A stretch of DNA of 45,193 nucleotides from an uncultured Clostridium sp. (GCA_964481385.1 CAYZTN010000003.1:1-45193), one strand, 5' to 3'; positions 10,719-21,341 are shown, counted from the first letter of the stretch. Translations and numbers: made by a program. The notes: generated from the sequence alone by a model not told the origin.

Positions 10719-12206
10719 ATGTTATTACAATATTTATTAGAAGGTATAGAGTGTGAAACCCATGGTAATACAAATGTAGAAATTAAAAAAATTGAATACA
10801 ATTCAGAAAAAATTGATGCGGGAGATGTTTTCGTTGCAATTAAAGGATTTGAAACAGATGGACATAAATATATAAAGGACGTAGTAGCAAAAGGAGCTGT
10901 AGCTGTAATTGGTGCAGAAGAAGAAAAAGAATATATCAAGAGTTTGAATTTAGATGAAAAGACTGTTGTTGTATTTGTTAAAGATACGAGATGTACATTA
11001 GCAGAGATTGCAGCAAAATATTATGATTTCCCTGCAAGAAAGCTAAAGCTTATAGGAATAACTGGAACAAAAGGTAAAACTACAACAGCGTATATGATAA
11101 GAGATATTCTTAGTGCTGCAAAAAAGCCTTGTGGTCTTATTGGAACTGTGGCAATTGAGTACGGCACTGTATGTATTGAAGCAACGCGTACATCACCAGA
11201 ATCCCTTGATTTGCAAAAAGTGTTAAAAGATATGGTAGACGCCGAAATGGAATATGCGGTAATGGAAGTGTCTTCGCATGCTTTAGAGCTAGAGAGAGTT
11301 CATGGTATTAAATTTGATATAGCGGTATTTACAAACTTATCTCATGACCATTTGGACTTTCATAAAACTATGGAAAATTATCTTGCAGCAAAAGCTAAAA
11401 TATTCAAGCAATGTGTTTTTGGAATAATAAACGCAGACGATTTGTATACAACTAAATTATTAAAACAGATTGACTGCAAATATGCAAAGTATGGTATAGA
11501 TAATGAAGCAAATGTTACTGCTACGGATATTAGAATAAATAATAACTATGTAGATTTTAAAATGTATATAAATAAACAGTTACAAACAATTACAGTTGGA
11601 ATCCCAGGAAAATATACAGTGTATAATGCACTTGCAGCTATTGCTGTAACAAGCATGCTTGGTGCACAGATGGAAGATATACTTACAGCATTAGCCAGTG
11701 TAAAAGTACCTGGAAGAAGTGAAGTAGTGGATATAGAAAAAAGCTTTGCAGTAATAATAGACTACGCGCACACTCCAGCAAGCTTAGAAGCTATAATCCA
11801 AAATACTAAAAAATACATAAAAGGTAGAGTTATAACAGTATTTGGTTGCGGCGGAAATAGGGATAAAGAAAAAAGATATGAAATGGGAAAAATATCTGGA
11901 ACTTATTCAGATTTTACAATAATTACAACAGATAACCCAAGAGATGAAGAGCCAAAAGATATAGCTTCTGAAATAGAAAGAGGAATAAAGGACACTCGTG
12001 GACTTCATAAAGTAATATTAGATAGAGAAGAGGCAATTAGATTTGCTTTAAGAATTGCTTGGAAAAACGATACAATAATAATTGCTGGAAAAGGACATGA
12101 AACATACCAGGAATTAAAAAATGGGAAAAAAGAGCATATGGATGATAGAGAAACAGTAAAAAAGATCGCTGCCACTATGCCAGATAAAGATATAGTTAAA
12201 TTTTAA
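10719..12206 (+). CDS. murE: UDP-MurNAc-dipeptide--meso-DAP ligase MurE
   Basis: GITGTKGKTT, MEVSSH, HDHLDFH, DYAHTP, DNPR (DAP specificity), AGKGHE. Confidence 0.96.
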   Translation: MLLQYLLEGIECETHGNTNVEIKKIEYNSEKIDAGDVFVAIKGFETDGHKYIKDVVAKGAVAVIGAEEEKEYIKSLNLDEKTVVVFVKDTRCTLAEIAAKYYDFPARKLKLIGITGTKGKTTTAYMIRDILSAAKKPCGLIGTVAIEYGTVCIEATRTSPESLDLQKVLKDMVDAEMEYAVMEVSSHALELERVHGIKFDIAVFTNLSHDHLDFHKTMENYLAAKAKIFKQCVFGIINADDLYTTKLLKQIDCKYAKYGIDNEANVTATDIRINNNYVDFKMYINKQLQTITVGIPGKYTVYNALAAIAVTSMLGAQMEDILTALASVKVPGRSEVVDIEKSFAVIIDYAHTPASLEAIIQNTKKYIKGRVITVFGCGGNRDKEKRYEMGKISGTYSDFTIITTDNPRDEEPKDIASEIERGIKDTRGLHKVILDREEAIRFALRIAWKNDTIIIAGKGHETYQELKNGKKEHMDDRETVKKIAATMPDKDIVKF

Positions 12207-12223
12207 AGAGAGGAAACATACTT

Positions 12224-13177
12224 ATGAAATTACAAGTTTTGATGTGTTTAATATCATTTGTATCAACTATGTTATTGGCATTAATAATAATTCCAATACT
12301 TAGAAAATACAAAATAGGGCAAGTGGAAAGAAAGCTTGGGCCAGAAAGTCATTTGGCTAAGTCAGGCACACCGACAATGGGTGGTATAACTATGATTATA
12401 CCTATATGTATCATACTTTTTATATGCTCATTTAAATATCCAATATTAGTACTACCACTTGTTACAACTTTTGGTTTTGGAATTACTGGCTTTATTGATG
12501 ACAGAAAAAAACTTGTAGAGCACAGTACAGATGGAATAAGCGCAAAAATGAAGATGTTACTTTTGTTTGTAACAACTGCTGTGTTCATATTGTTATACTT
12601 TTTAGTATTTAATTTAAATACGGAAATGTTTTTGCCATTTGTATCAAAACCAGTTACTCTTAGTATTGGACTATTTGTATTATTTACTGCTTTTATTATG
12701 CTTGGAACAAGTAATGCAGTAAATTTAACAGATGGACTTGACGGCCTAGCAGCAGGAATAACTGCAATAGTTATGGCATTTTTTACAGTTGTTGCAGTAA
12801 AAAATAACGATACGCCAATGATAATATTAGGTGCTACGAGTGTAGGAAGTATACTAGCGTTTTTAGTATTTAATATAAAGCCAGCAAAAGTGTTTATGGG
12901 GGATACTGGTTCTCTTGCACTTGGTGGAATAGTTGCAAGTACTGCTATTGTTATGCAAATGCCAGTATATCTTGCCATACTTCTTTTAATACCAGTACTT
13001 GAAACGCTATCTGTGGTGTTACAAGTTGTATACTTTAAGTTAACAAAAGGAAAAAGATTGTTCAAAATGGCACCTTTGCATCACCATTTGGAGCTTAGTG
13101 GAATGAGTGAAGAAAAGGTTGTAATCCTATTTTGGACTATTACAGCGGTGCTTTGCGTTGTGTCATATTTAGTGTAA
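12224..13177 (+). CDS. mraY: Phospho-N-acetylmuramoyl-pentapeptide transferase MraY
   Basis: KSGTPTMGG, NAVNLTDGLDGL, VFMGDTGSL, MAPLHHH. Confidence 0.97.
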   Translation: MKLQVLMCLISFVSTMLLALIIIPILRKYKIGQVERKLGPESHLAKSGTPTMGGITMIIPICIILFICSFKYPILVLPLVTTFGFGITGFIDDRKKLVEHSTDGISAKMKMLLLFVTTAVFILLYFLVFNLNTEMFLPFVSKPVTLSIGLFVLFTAFIMLGTSNAVNLTDGLDGLAAGITAIVMAFFTVVAVKNNDTPMIILGATSVGSILAFLVFNIKPAKVFMGDTGSLALGGIVASTAIVMQMPVYLAILLLIPVLETLSVVLQVVYFKLTKGKRLFKMAPLHHHLELSGMSEEKVVILFWTITAVLCVVSYLV

Positions 13178-13187
13178 TGGAGGAGGT

Positions 13188-14333
13188 TTGAATCCCATGG
13201 CAATAAAAGAAGCAATTAAGAAAACACCAAAAAAGAATAATGGGAAAGAGTTAGATTTCATATTAGTTTTTGCTATAATAGTGCTTTTGTGCGTGGGGCT
13301 AATTGCTTTATCTTCTGCAAGTTCATATACGGCACTAATTGTGCAAGGTGATAGTAATTATTATTTTACTAGACAGCTAGCTTTTGCGGTAGTTGGAGCA
13401 ATTGCTATGTTCGTTATATCTAAGATAGATTATAGTATTTACGAAAAATATGGGTATGTAATATATGCGATAGCTTTGGCAGCGATGTTACTGGTATTTG
13501 TACCGGGATTAGGTTCTGAGGTAAAAGGTGCGAGACGTTGGATAGATCTTGGATTTATAAGCTTTCAACCATCAGAACTTATGAAACCAGCGCTGGCTAT
13601 TGGAATAGCTACATATATTAGTAAAAATCAAGATAAAACGAAAACGTTATTAGGTTATGTTGTACCTGCTTTAATGATAGGTGCAGTGTGTATTGTAATG
13701 TATTTTCAGTCACATTTAAGTGGTGCAATAATAATGGGAGTAATTGGTGCAGCTACAATATTTACAAGTGGCTTTAAACTTAAAACGCGAACAATAGTGA
13801 TAGCTATTATCGTGCTACTTACTGCTGTTTCATTATTCTTATTCACATCAGAATACAGAATGGAGAGAGTAAAAGCGTTTTTAAACCCAGAAGAAGATAT
13901 AACGGGAAGCAACTGGCAACCTACACAAAGTCTTTATGCAATTGGTTCAGGTGGACTTTTTGGAGTAGGCATAGGGCAGAGTAGGCAAAAGTACTTATGG
14001 CTTCCTGAGTCACAAAACGACTTTGTATTTTCAATATGGGCTGAAGAGTTTGGCTTTGTTGGAAGCTTGGCTGTGGTATTGTTATTTGTTTTGTTTATAT
14101 ATCGTGCGGTAGCTTTAATATTAAAGTCAAGAGACCTATTTTCAGTTATGATGGCAACAGGAATTATTTCAATGTTTGCTTTTCAGATGATAATGAATGT
14201 AGCTGTTGTAACAAAACTTATTCCAACGACAGGAATGCCACTACCATTTTTTAGTTATGGTGGAACTTCGCTTTTAATAAACTTGGCATCAGTTGGAATT
14301 GTTCTAAACGTTGCAAGGCAAAGGAGATATTAG
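13188..14333 (+). CDS. ftsW: SEDS family peptidoglycan polymerase FtsW/SpoVE
   Basis: GARRW, FQPSE, LPESQNDF, PTTGMPLPFFSYGGTS. Confidence 0.93.
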   Translation: MNPMAIKEAIKKTPKKNNGKELDFILVFAIIVLLCVGLIALSSASSYTALIVQGDSNYYFTRQLAFAVVGAIAMFVISKIDYSIYEKYGYVIYAIALAAMLLVFVPGLGSEVKGARRWIDLGFISFQPSELMKPALAIGIATYISKNQDKTKTLLGYVVPALMIGAVCIVMYFQSHLSGAIIMGVIGAATIFTSGFKLKTRTIVIAIIVLLTAVSLFLFTSEYRMERVKAFLNPEEDITGSNWQPTQSLYAIGSGGLFGVGIGQSRQKYLWLPESQNDFVFSIWAEEFGFVGSLAVVLLFVLFIYRAVALILKSRDLFSVMMATGIISMFAFQMIMNVAVVTKLIPTTGMPLPFFSYGGTSLLINLASVGIVLNVARQRRY

Positions 14334-14334
14334 T

Positions 14335-15423
14335 ATGAGGGTAATAATTGCATGTGCTGGTTCAGGTGGTCATATAAACCCAGGAATTGCAATAGCAAAT
14401 ATAATTAAGGCACGTGAGCCAGATAGCAGTATTTTGTTTATTGGTACAAAGACTGGACTTGAAAATGAGCTTGTAAAAAAAGCGGGATATGATATAAAAA
14501 GTATAAGAGCAGGTAGACTTCATAGAAGTTTTACATTAGAGAATGTTAAAAACATGTATAATGCAGCACTAGGTATAACAGATAGCAAAAAAATAATAAA
14601 AGAGTTTAAGCCGGATATTGTTATTGGAACAGGTGGATATATTTGTGTGTCGGTAATGAAAGCGGCGGATATGTTAAAAGTGCCATATGTACTTCATGAG
14701 AGCAATGTATATCCTGGACTTTCTGTAAAATTAAATGCAAAACATGCAAGTAAAATACTTGTTGGATTTGATGAAACTAAAAAATACCTGCCAAATGCCA
14801 ATGTTGTGTATACAGGAACACCTGCAAAGTTTAACACTGACACAATAGATGCCTTGTCCAAAGCTAAATGCAAACAAGAACTAAAATTGGACGGCAAAAA
14901 AGTAGTTTTTGTAACTGGTGGAAGTCAAGGTGCCAAAAAACTAAACGAAACAGTTATTAAAATGATTAAAAAATATATGCCAAAAGACTTTTTTACAGTA
15001 ATTGCTGTAGGTCATGGAAATTTTGAAACTATAAAATCACAAGTTGGTAACGAGTATGATAAATATATTAAAGTAGAAAAATACATTTACGATATGGAAA
15101 AAATGTATAAAGCATCAGACCTTTTAATTACTCGAGCTGGTGCAATGACTGTGTTAGAACTAGAAATTGCAGCAAAACCAGCAATACTTATACCACTTCC
15201 AACAGCAGCTGAAAATCACCAATACTTTAATGCAAAGGTGTTGGAGAAAAATAACGCTGGGCTTGTAATAGAAGAAAAAGACTTAAACGAAGATGTACTG
15301 TATGAAAGAATAATGAGGTATATAACAAATGCAAGCTTGTTAAAAGAAATGGGAAAGAACGCAAGAAAGCTTGTTATAGAAAACGTTGAAGATAGAATAT
15401 ATAGCGAAATTAAAAATATATAA
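14335..15423 (+). CDS. murG: MurG glycosyltransferase
   Basis: GSGGHINPG, GTGGY, HESN, GGSQGA, TRAGA, HQYFNA. Confidence 0.96.
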   Translation: MRVIIACAGSGGHINPGIAIANIIKAREPDSSILFIGTKTGLENELVKKAGYDIKSIRAGRLHRSFTLENVKNMYNAALGITDSKKIIKEFKPDIVIGTGGYICVSVMKAADMLKVPYVLHESNVYPGLSVKLNAKHASKILVGFDETKKYLPNANVVYTGTPAKFNTDTIDALSKAKCKQELKLDGKKVVFVTGGSQGAKKLNETVIKMIKKYMPKDFFTVIAVGHGNFETIKSQVGNEYDKYIKVEKYIYDMEKMYKASDLLITRAGAMTVLELEIAAKPAILIPLPTAAENHQYFNAKVLEKNNAGLVIEEKDLNEDVLYERIMRYITNASLLKEMGKNARKLVIENVEDRIYSEIKNI

Positions 15424-15433
15424 TTGTTATTAT

Positions 15434-15505
15434 TAATGTCATTTGGGACGCTTCTGATTGACACTCGTTAAGCAGTGTCAATCAGAAGCGTCCCAAATGA
15501 CATTA
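15434..15505. repeat. REPIN-like inverted doublet, copy 2
   Basis: Perfect 32-bp arms 15434-15465 and 15474-15505 (TAATGTCATTTGGGACGCTTCTGATTGACACT) with an 8-bp spacer. Confidence 0.9.
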
Positions 15506-15576
15506 TGACACAAATACTACTTGAAAACTTATTTAATTTAGTATATACTCATATAAAATATAAGGGGTACATATTT

Positions 15577-16644
15577 ATGAGTAATATAATATATATTTTA
15601 AAAAGATTAAAAAGCATGGATAAAAAAGCCATGATGGAAAAAATAAATTCAATACATTCAAAGACTAAAATGTCTAAATTAAAAATATTTTTAGATATGC
15701 AAAAGTGTGCAACGCGTTATGGTGCTGGATATATGGATTATGATTTGTTTGAGATGTATAATTTAACTGATGAACAGAGGGATACTTATCTTACAAGAGG
15801 CAGAAACAACGCTTTTGTAGTAAAGTATTGCGATATGGACGTTCTTCATTATTTTACGAACAAAGACGAATTTAATACTACATTTAATAAATATATTAAA
15901 AGAGACTGGATAAAAGTAAATGGTATGCCTAAAGAAGATATTATAGCATTCTTTAAGAGACATAAGGTATTTATGGCAAAGCCAATTGATGGCGGTTGTG
16001 GAAAAGGAATAGAAAAGATAGATGTAGCAACTTATCCATCTTTAGATGAACTGTATGATTATTTAACTCAAGACGGAAATAACTTTGAACTAGAAGAAGT
16101 TATAGTTCAACATGAAAGTGTATCAAAGATATACCCTAATGCTATAAATACAGTAAGAATTGTTACAGTAGTTACTACAGATAAAGGTGAGTCTTTACTT
16201 GAGCTTCCTGAAGAGGAAAGAAAAAGTGCTACGCTTGAGCCACATATAATATGTGCATACTTTAGAATTGGCAATAACGGAAAATGTGTGGACAACTTTA
16301 ATAGCGGCGGAATGGTAGCACCTGTAGATGAAAAGACAGGTGTGGTATCTAAACTTGCAATAGATAAAGCAAAAAATGTATATGAAAAGCATCCGATGAC
16401 GGGTGAATATATTAAAGGTTTTAAATTCCCTTATTGGGAAGAAGCGCTTGAAATGTGTAAAAAAGCGTGCCTAGAGATTCCGGAAATGGGATACGCCGGC
16501 TGGGACGTAGCCTTTACTCCAAACGGGCCAGTGTTTGTTGAAGGCAATGAATTTCCTGGCCATGATATATATCAACTGCCTGTTCATACACCAGATAAAA
16601 TAGGGATGATGCCTAAATTTGATTTTATTAAAAAAGAAAAGTGA
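15577..16644 (+). CDS. Sugar-transfer-associated ATP-grasp protein (ATPgrasp_ST-like)
   Basis: NKDEF, AKPIDGGCGKGI, NTVRIVT, VDNFNSGG, GWDVA..GPVFVEGN; ATG15577 after AAGGGG. Confidence 0.8.
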   Translation: MSNIIYILKRLKSMDKKAMMEKINSIHSKTKMSKLKIFLDMQKCATRYGAGYMDYDLFEMYNLTDEQRDTYLTRGRNNAFVVKYCDMDVLHYFTNKDEFNTTFNKYIKRDWIKVNGMPKEDIIAFFKRHKVFMAKPIDGGCGKGIEKIDVATYPSLDELYDYLTQDGNNFELEEVIVQHESVSKIYPNAINTVRIVTVVTTDKGESLLELPEEERKSATLEPHIICAYFRIGNNGKCVDNFNSGGMVAPVDEKTGVVSKLAIDKAKNVYEKHPMTGEYIKGFKFPYWEEALEMCKKACLEIPEMGYAGWDVAFTPNGPVFVEGNEFPGHDIYQLPVHTPDKIGMMPKFDFIKKEK

Positions 16645-16656
16645 AACTATGAATAA

Positions 16657-16695
16657 TAAAAATGGTAGTGAGGATGAGCTTCATTGCTATTTTTT
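16657..16695 (+). terminator. Probable intrinsic terminator
   Basis: AAAAATGGTAGTGA...TCATTGCTATTTTTT (G-U pairs). Confidence 0.5.
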
Positions 16696-16771
16696 GTTGT
16701 TCATGACTATTGAGTTATTTCTGTTTTGTGATATAATAAAATAGATGAAAGGTATATATTAGGTGATTTTT

Positions 16772-17572
16772 ATGTCTGAAAAAGGACAACCTAAAAAACC
16801 TATAAAAAAGAAAAAAAAGTTAAGTAGAACACAGAAAAAATTTTTTAGAGGTACAATATATTTTGTTTTAATACTTTTTTTGCTTTCTTTGATATTTTTA
16901 ATAGGGTATGGTATATATTTTTTTAGAAATAATGAAATGTTTAATATAACTAGTGTTAAAGTGAATGAACTAAAGAATTATACTTCTGAAAAAATATTGG
17001 AAACGAGTGGTATAGAGCTATATACTAATATTTTCAAGCTGTCTAAAGCTGACGTAATAGAAAATATTAAGAGTTTGCCTTATGTGCAGAGTGTAAAAGT
17101 AACAAGAAAGCTTCCTGATGTTATAGAAATTACAGTGTCTGAAAGGGTGCAAAAGTATGTGGCATATGCTAAAGATAGTGGTCAATATGTAAGGCTTGAC
17201 TCTGATGGGTACGTGTTGGAGGTAGTCAATGTGTCTGAAATATCGGAAAGTTTAATTTTATTTGGACTAAACTTTGAAGATGTGATTGAGTTAGGATATA
17301 AATTGACGGATATAGAGCTAGAAAAAATTAAAAGCCTTGAAAGAGTTATGGAGATATATACTAGAAATTCAATACAGGCAAATATTACAAGCGTAGAGTT
17401 TAAAAACTCATATATATACTTAAATCTAAATGACAAATTGAGTGTAAAATTAAAAGATAATAGCAAGCTAGAATATAAAATTTCAGTGCTAAAAGAGATT
17501 TTAAATGAGATAGATGGAAAAACTGGTGAGTTGGATATGACTCAAAATAATCCAATTTACTCTGCAATATAG
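16772..17572 (+). CDS. ftsQ: Cell division protein FtsQ/DivIB
   Basis: Basic N-terminus, TM helix, POTRA (LPYVQSVKVTRKLPDVIEITVSER); dcw context. Confidence 0.85.
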   Translation: MSEKGQPKKPIKKKKKLSRTQKKFFRGTIYFVLILFLLSLIFLIGYGIYFFRNNEMFNITSVKVNELKNYTSEKILETSGIELYTNIFKLSKADVIENIKSLPYVQSVKVTRKLPDVIEITVSERVQKYVAYAKDSGQYVRLDSDGYVLEVVNVSEISESLILFGLNFEDVIELGYKLTDIELEKIKSLERVMEIYTRNSIQANITSVEFKNSYIYLNLNDKLSVKLKDNSKLEYKISVLKEILNEIDGKTGELDMTQNNPIYSAI

Positions 17573-17587
17573 AAAGGAGAAAAGAAT

Positions 17588-18451
17588 GTGACTAAGAAAA
17601 GTGGTATTATAGATAAGGTTCAAAAAAAGTCTGTAGATAAGAAGTCAAAACCACCAAAAAGCGTTGATACAACAGTTATTGAACCGTTAAATAAAGAGAT
17701 GGAAAAAGAGAAAGTAAAAGATGCCAAAAGTTTCTTTAATACAAAAAATCTTAGAGTGTATATAATAATAGGAATTGCTGCGTTTTTCTTTACTTTAATA
17801 ATATCTGCGCAGTTAAATACAGTATCTAATACAGATATAATTGCGGAGGGAATGAGAGAGGCAGAACTTTTATCTGAGTTAGCTAAAGTAAAGGAAGAAT
17901 TAAAAGAGTTAAAGGAAGATTATGAAAAGAGCCAAGAAGTAGTAGAAGAATATAAGTCAAACGCGTCAACGAATGATGCTTTGATAGCAACTATGACTGA
18001 AGAATTAAATGCAGCTTCTGTATTAGCGGGTTTAGTAGATTTAAAAGGAGAAGGTGTAGTTGTTACTATTCATGATAGTACATCAAGTTCTCCTGACTTG
18101 AGTGCTGAAGCTGGTCTTGTTCATGATACGGATTTGGTGTCCATTGTTACAGAACTTAAAGCCGCTGGTGCTGAAGCTATTAGTATAAATGGCCAAAGAA
18201 TAATTGCTATGACTCCAATAAGATGTGTAGGACCTACTATACAGATAAATAGTGTAAAAGTTGCAGCGCCATTTTACATCAAAGCTATTGGTAATTCTCA
18301 ATATTTAGAAAGCGCATTAAACATCAAAGGGGGAATAGTTAGTAGTTTGAGAAGATATGGTTTGACTATTGAAATAACAAGACAAGAGGATATTAAGATA
18401 GATAAATATGATGGAAACTTTAAATTAAGAACTGCGACAGTTGTAAAATAA
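17588..18451 (+). CDS. DUF881 family protein (YlxW/YlxX-like)
   Basis: GEGVVVTIHD, LVHDTDL, AAGAEAISINGQR, IRCVGPTI. Confidence 0.9.
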   Translation: MTKKSGIIDKVQKKSVDKKSKPPKSVDTTVIEPLNKEMEKEKVKDAKSFFNTKNLRVYIIIGIAAFFFTLIISAQLNTVSNTDIIAEGMREAELLSELAKVKEELKELKEDYEKSQEVVEEYKSNASTNDALIATMTEELNAASVLAGLVDLKGEGVVVTIHDSTSSSPDLSAEAGLVHDTDLVSIVTELKAAGAEAISINGQRIIAMTPIRCVGPTIQINSVKVAAPFYIKAIGNSQYLESALNIKGGIVSSLRRYGLTIEITRQEDIKIDKYDGNFKLRTATVVK

Positions 18452-18462
18452 GGGGGAATTCT

Positions 18463-18834
18463 ATGTTGGGAATTATAATAATAATTGCGTTTGTTGTACT
18501 AGGTTTTTTTCTAGGTTCAGACTTAGTAGTACCATATACATTTACAGAATATATTGCTGTTGCTATATTGGCTTTCTTGGATTCTTTGTTTGGAGGAGTA
18601 GCTGCAAATATGCAAAAAAAGTTTGACCTTTTAGTGTTCATAACTGGTTTCTTTGGAAATGCCTTGATAGCAATTTTTTTAGTGTATTTAGGTCAAAAAC
18701 TAAATGTAGATATTTATCTTGCGGCAGTTATAGTATTTAGCACAAGGTTATTCAATAATTTTAGTATAATGCGTAGAAGTTTACTAGATGGTCTCACAAA
18801 GAAACGCAAAAAGAAAAAACAAGAAAAAATATGA
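18463..18834 (+). CDS. sbp: Small basic protein Sbp / DUF1290
   Basis: YIAVAILAFLDSLFGG, FITGFFGNAL, RLFNNFSIMRR. Confidence 0.88.
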   Translation: MLGIIIIIAFVVLGFFLGSDLVVPYTFTEYIAVAILAFLDSLFGGVAANMQKKFDLLVFITGFFGNALIAIFLVYLGQKLNVDIYLAAVIVFSTRLFNNFSIMRRSLLDGLTKKRKKKKQEKI

Positions 18835-18881
18835 ATTATATTAAGTACTTCAAAATAGAATGTATTGAGGTGCTTATTTAT

Positions 18882-19658
18882 ATGGGAAAAATATATATTA
18901 TTGGAGAAGATGAAAGACAAACAAACTTAAAGAAAATGTATAGTGAAAGATTAGTTTCGAACTTAGTTGAAGCAGATTGTGTAATAATGCCTACTCCACT
19001 TACAAAAGATGGAATAAATATAACTGGAGCGGGAAAAATCGATACAGTTGTTCCTTTAATAAAGCATAAAGTTGTTATAGCTGGACGAATACCGGAAGCT
19101 GTTGGAAAAAAATTCGATGCTAATAATATTACATATTATGATTTAATGGAACAAGAAGATTTAGCTGTGAAAAATGCAGTTCCAACAGCTGAGGGTGTTA
19201 TATTTAAAATATTACAAGAGCAAAAAACTACCATATTTAATTCAAATGTTTTGGTTCTTGGTTTTGGAAAGTGTGGTAAAGCTTTAGCGGATAGGTTGTA
19301 TGGTTTAAAGGCAAATCTTTTTTGTGAAGCAAGACGCAAAAAAGATATTGCACAGATAGAAAGTTTGGGGTATAATAGTGTCGATATAGCAAAATTAGAA
19401 CAAGTTTTGCCTAATATGGATATTGTGATTAATACAGTTCCATATATGTTACTTAATAAAAGAAGATTAGAATTGTTAAAAAAAGACGCCTTAGTTATAG
19501 ATATTGCGTCAGCGCCGGGCGGTACTGATTTTGAGTACTGTAAAGAAAAAGGTATTAGAGCATATTTAGAGTTGGGGATTCCAGCTCGCACGTCACCAGT
19601 GTCGGCTGCACGTTTTACAAAAGAAGTAATAGATAGTATTTTAGGTGATAGAACATGA
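18882..19658 (+). CDS. dpsA: Dipicolinate synthase subunit A (DpsA/SpoVFA)
   Basis: NAVPTAEG, VLGFGKCG, IDIASAPGGTDF, GIPARTSP; GAGGTG RBS. Confidence 0.88.
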   Translation: MGKIYIIGEDERQTNLKKMYSERLVSNLVEADCVIMPTPLTKDGINITGAGKIDTVVPLIKHKVVIAGRIPEAVGKKFDANNITYYDLMEQEDLAVKNAVPTAEGVIFKILQEQKTTIFNSNVLVLGFGKCGKALADRLYGLKANLFCEARRKKDIAQIESLGYNSVDIAKLEQVLPNMDIVINTVPYMLLNKRRLELLKKDALVIDIASAPGGTDFEYCKEKGIRAYLELGIPARTSPVSAARFTKEVIDSILGDRT

Positions 19659-20485
19659 GCTCTATAAATGCCATAATACTTGGAATAATTCAGGGAGTAA
19701 CTGAGTTTTTTCCAATATCTAGCTCGGCTCACTTAATTGCTGCAAGATTTTTGTTTAATATGTCCGATTCTACTTTAGGTAATCTTACTTTTGATATAGC
19801 ACTACATTTTGGAACGCTTATAGCTATAGTGATATATTTTTTTAAAGATTTTGTATTAATGTTAAAAGAAGGCTTTAAGTTCAAGAAAAATGGCGTGTAT
19901 AGCTTTGGTGCTTTATCTAGTTCGGGTAAGCTTTTGTGGTATATAGTTATTGCTTGTATACCAGCTGGAATTGCAGGAGCAATGTTTGATGATGTAATTG
20001 AAACGTATATACGAGAGTCTAGTGCTGCTCCACTAATTTTGGCCGGAACCTTGAGTATTATGGGCATTTTGTTGTATTATATAGATAAGCATTCTGAAGC
20101 GGTGACTGACTTAGATAGCGTATCATTAAAGCAAGCTTTGTTTATTGGTATAGGTCAGATGTTCGCCATAATTCCAGGCTTTTCAAGGTCTGGTACAACA
20201 ATGATGGTGGCAAGAAAAGAAAAGCTAGATAGAGCGTCGGCTGCTAAATTTTCGTTTTTATTGGGTGTGCCTGTTATGGCAGGAGCGACTATTTTAAAAT
20301 TTAAAGATTTAACACTTTCTATGATAGATTTGCCGTTTGTATTAGGTGTAATAACGTCATTTGTAGTGGGAATAATTTGTATAAAAGTACTTATGGTAGT
20401 TATTAAAAAGGTAGGATTTGAGTATTTTGCCTTGTATAGAATAGTGTTAAGTATAATATTAATTATTACATATGTTATAAGATAG
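19655..20485 (+). CDS. uppP: Undecaprenyl-diphosphate phosphatase
   Basis: QGVTEFFPISSSAH, HFGTL, PGFSRSG, AAKFSFLL. Confidence 0.95.
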   Translation: MSSINAIILGIIQGVTEFFPISSSAHLIAARFLFNMSDSTLGNLTFDIALHFGTLIAIVIYFFKDFVLMLKEGFKFKKNGVYSFGALSSSGKLLWYIVIACIPAGIAGAMFDDVIETYIRESSAAPLILAGTLSIMGILLYYIDKHSEAVTDLDSVSLKQALFIGIGQMFAIIPGFSRSGTTMMVARKEKLDRASAAKFSFLLGVPVMAGATILKFKDLTLSMIDLPFVLGVITSFVVGIICIKVLMVVIKKVGFEYFALYRIVLSIILIITYVIR

Positions 20486-20498
20486 GGGAGATGTACAA

Positions 20499-21341
20499 AT
20501 GAGTATAGTAAATGTAAAAGAGATAGTAGAAAAGAAAAAGAGTAATTTAAAAAGAGAGGTGCTCGAATTAAGAGATTTAGGCATAATACCGAAGCTTGCT
20601 GTAATTCTTGCAAATGACAATGACGCTTCAAGAGTTTATGTTGGTAGAAAAAGAAAAATGTGCCATGAATTAGGAATAGACGAAGTGGAATATATTTTTG
20701 ATAAAAAGGTGACTACGGAAGAAATTATTAAAACTATAGAAAAATTAAATGAAGATAGTGAAATAGACGGAATACTTGTGCAATTACCATTATTTAAGCA
20801 TCTCGATGAGCAAAAAGTGTTAGATAGCGTAAGTCCTAAAAAAGATGTTGATGGTTTTAGCTCTGTAAATGTTGGAAAATTATATAAAGGAGAAAAAGAT
20901 ATTGTACCATGTACTCCAAAAGGAATTCTTACAATACTTAAGGAGCTGGATACAAATATACAAGGAAAGAATGCTGTTGTTGTAGGTCGTTCACAAATTG
21001 TAGGCAGACCTATGGCAGCACTACTTTTAGCAGAGGGAGCAACAGTTACAATATGTCACTCTAAAACTACAGATTTACCACTTCATACACGCATGGCAGA
21101 TATTTTAGTTGTGGCAACAGGTGTACCGCATTTGATTAAACAAGATATGGTTAAAGCTGGAGCGGTAGTAATAGATGTTGGAATGACTAGAGTAAATGAA
21201 AAATTAGTTGGTGATGTAGATACAGAGTCAGTGGCTTCGGTTGCAAGTTATGTTACTCCGGTTCCTGGTGGAGTGGGACTTACTACAGTATATAGTTTAA
21301 TGGAAAACGTAGTAGGTTTGGCGAAAAAGAGAAATAAGTAA
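20499..21341 (+). CDS. folD: Methylene-THF dehydrogenase/cyclohydrolase FolD
   Basis: GILVQLPL, KDVDG, PCTPKG, GRSQIVGRP, TPVPGGVG. Confidence 0.97.
   Translation: MSIVNVKEIVEKKKSNLKREVLELRDLGIIPKLAVILANDNDASRVYVGRKRKMCHELGIDEVEYIFDKKVTTEEIIKTIEKLNEDSEIDGILVQLPLFKHLDEQKVLDSVSPKKDVDGFSSVNVGKLYKGEKDIVPCTPKGILTILKELDTNIQGKNAVVVGRSQIVGRPMAALLLAEGATVTICHSKTTDLPLHTRMADILVVATGVPHLIKQDMVKAGAVVIDVGMTRVNEKLVGDVDTESVASVASYVTPVPGGVGLTTVYSLMENVVGLAKKRNK

Noticed and set aside
15216-15576. ORFs on both strands beginning MSIRSVPND
   Set aside because: Artefact of the perfect inverted repeat. The real ATP-grasp start is ATG15577.
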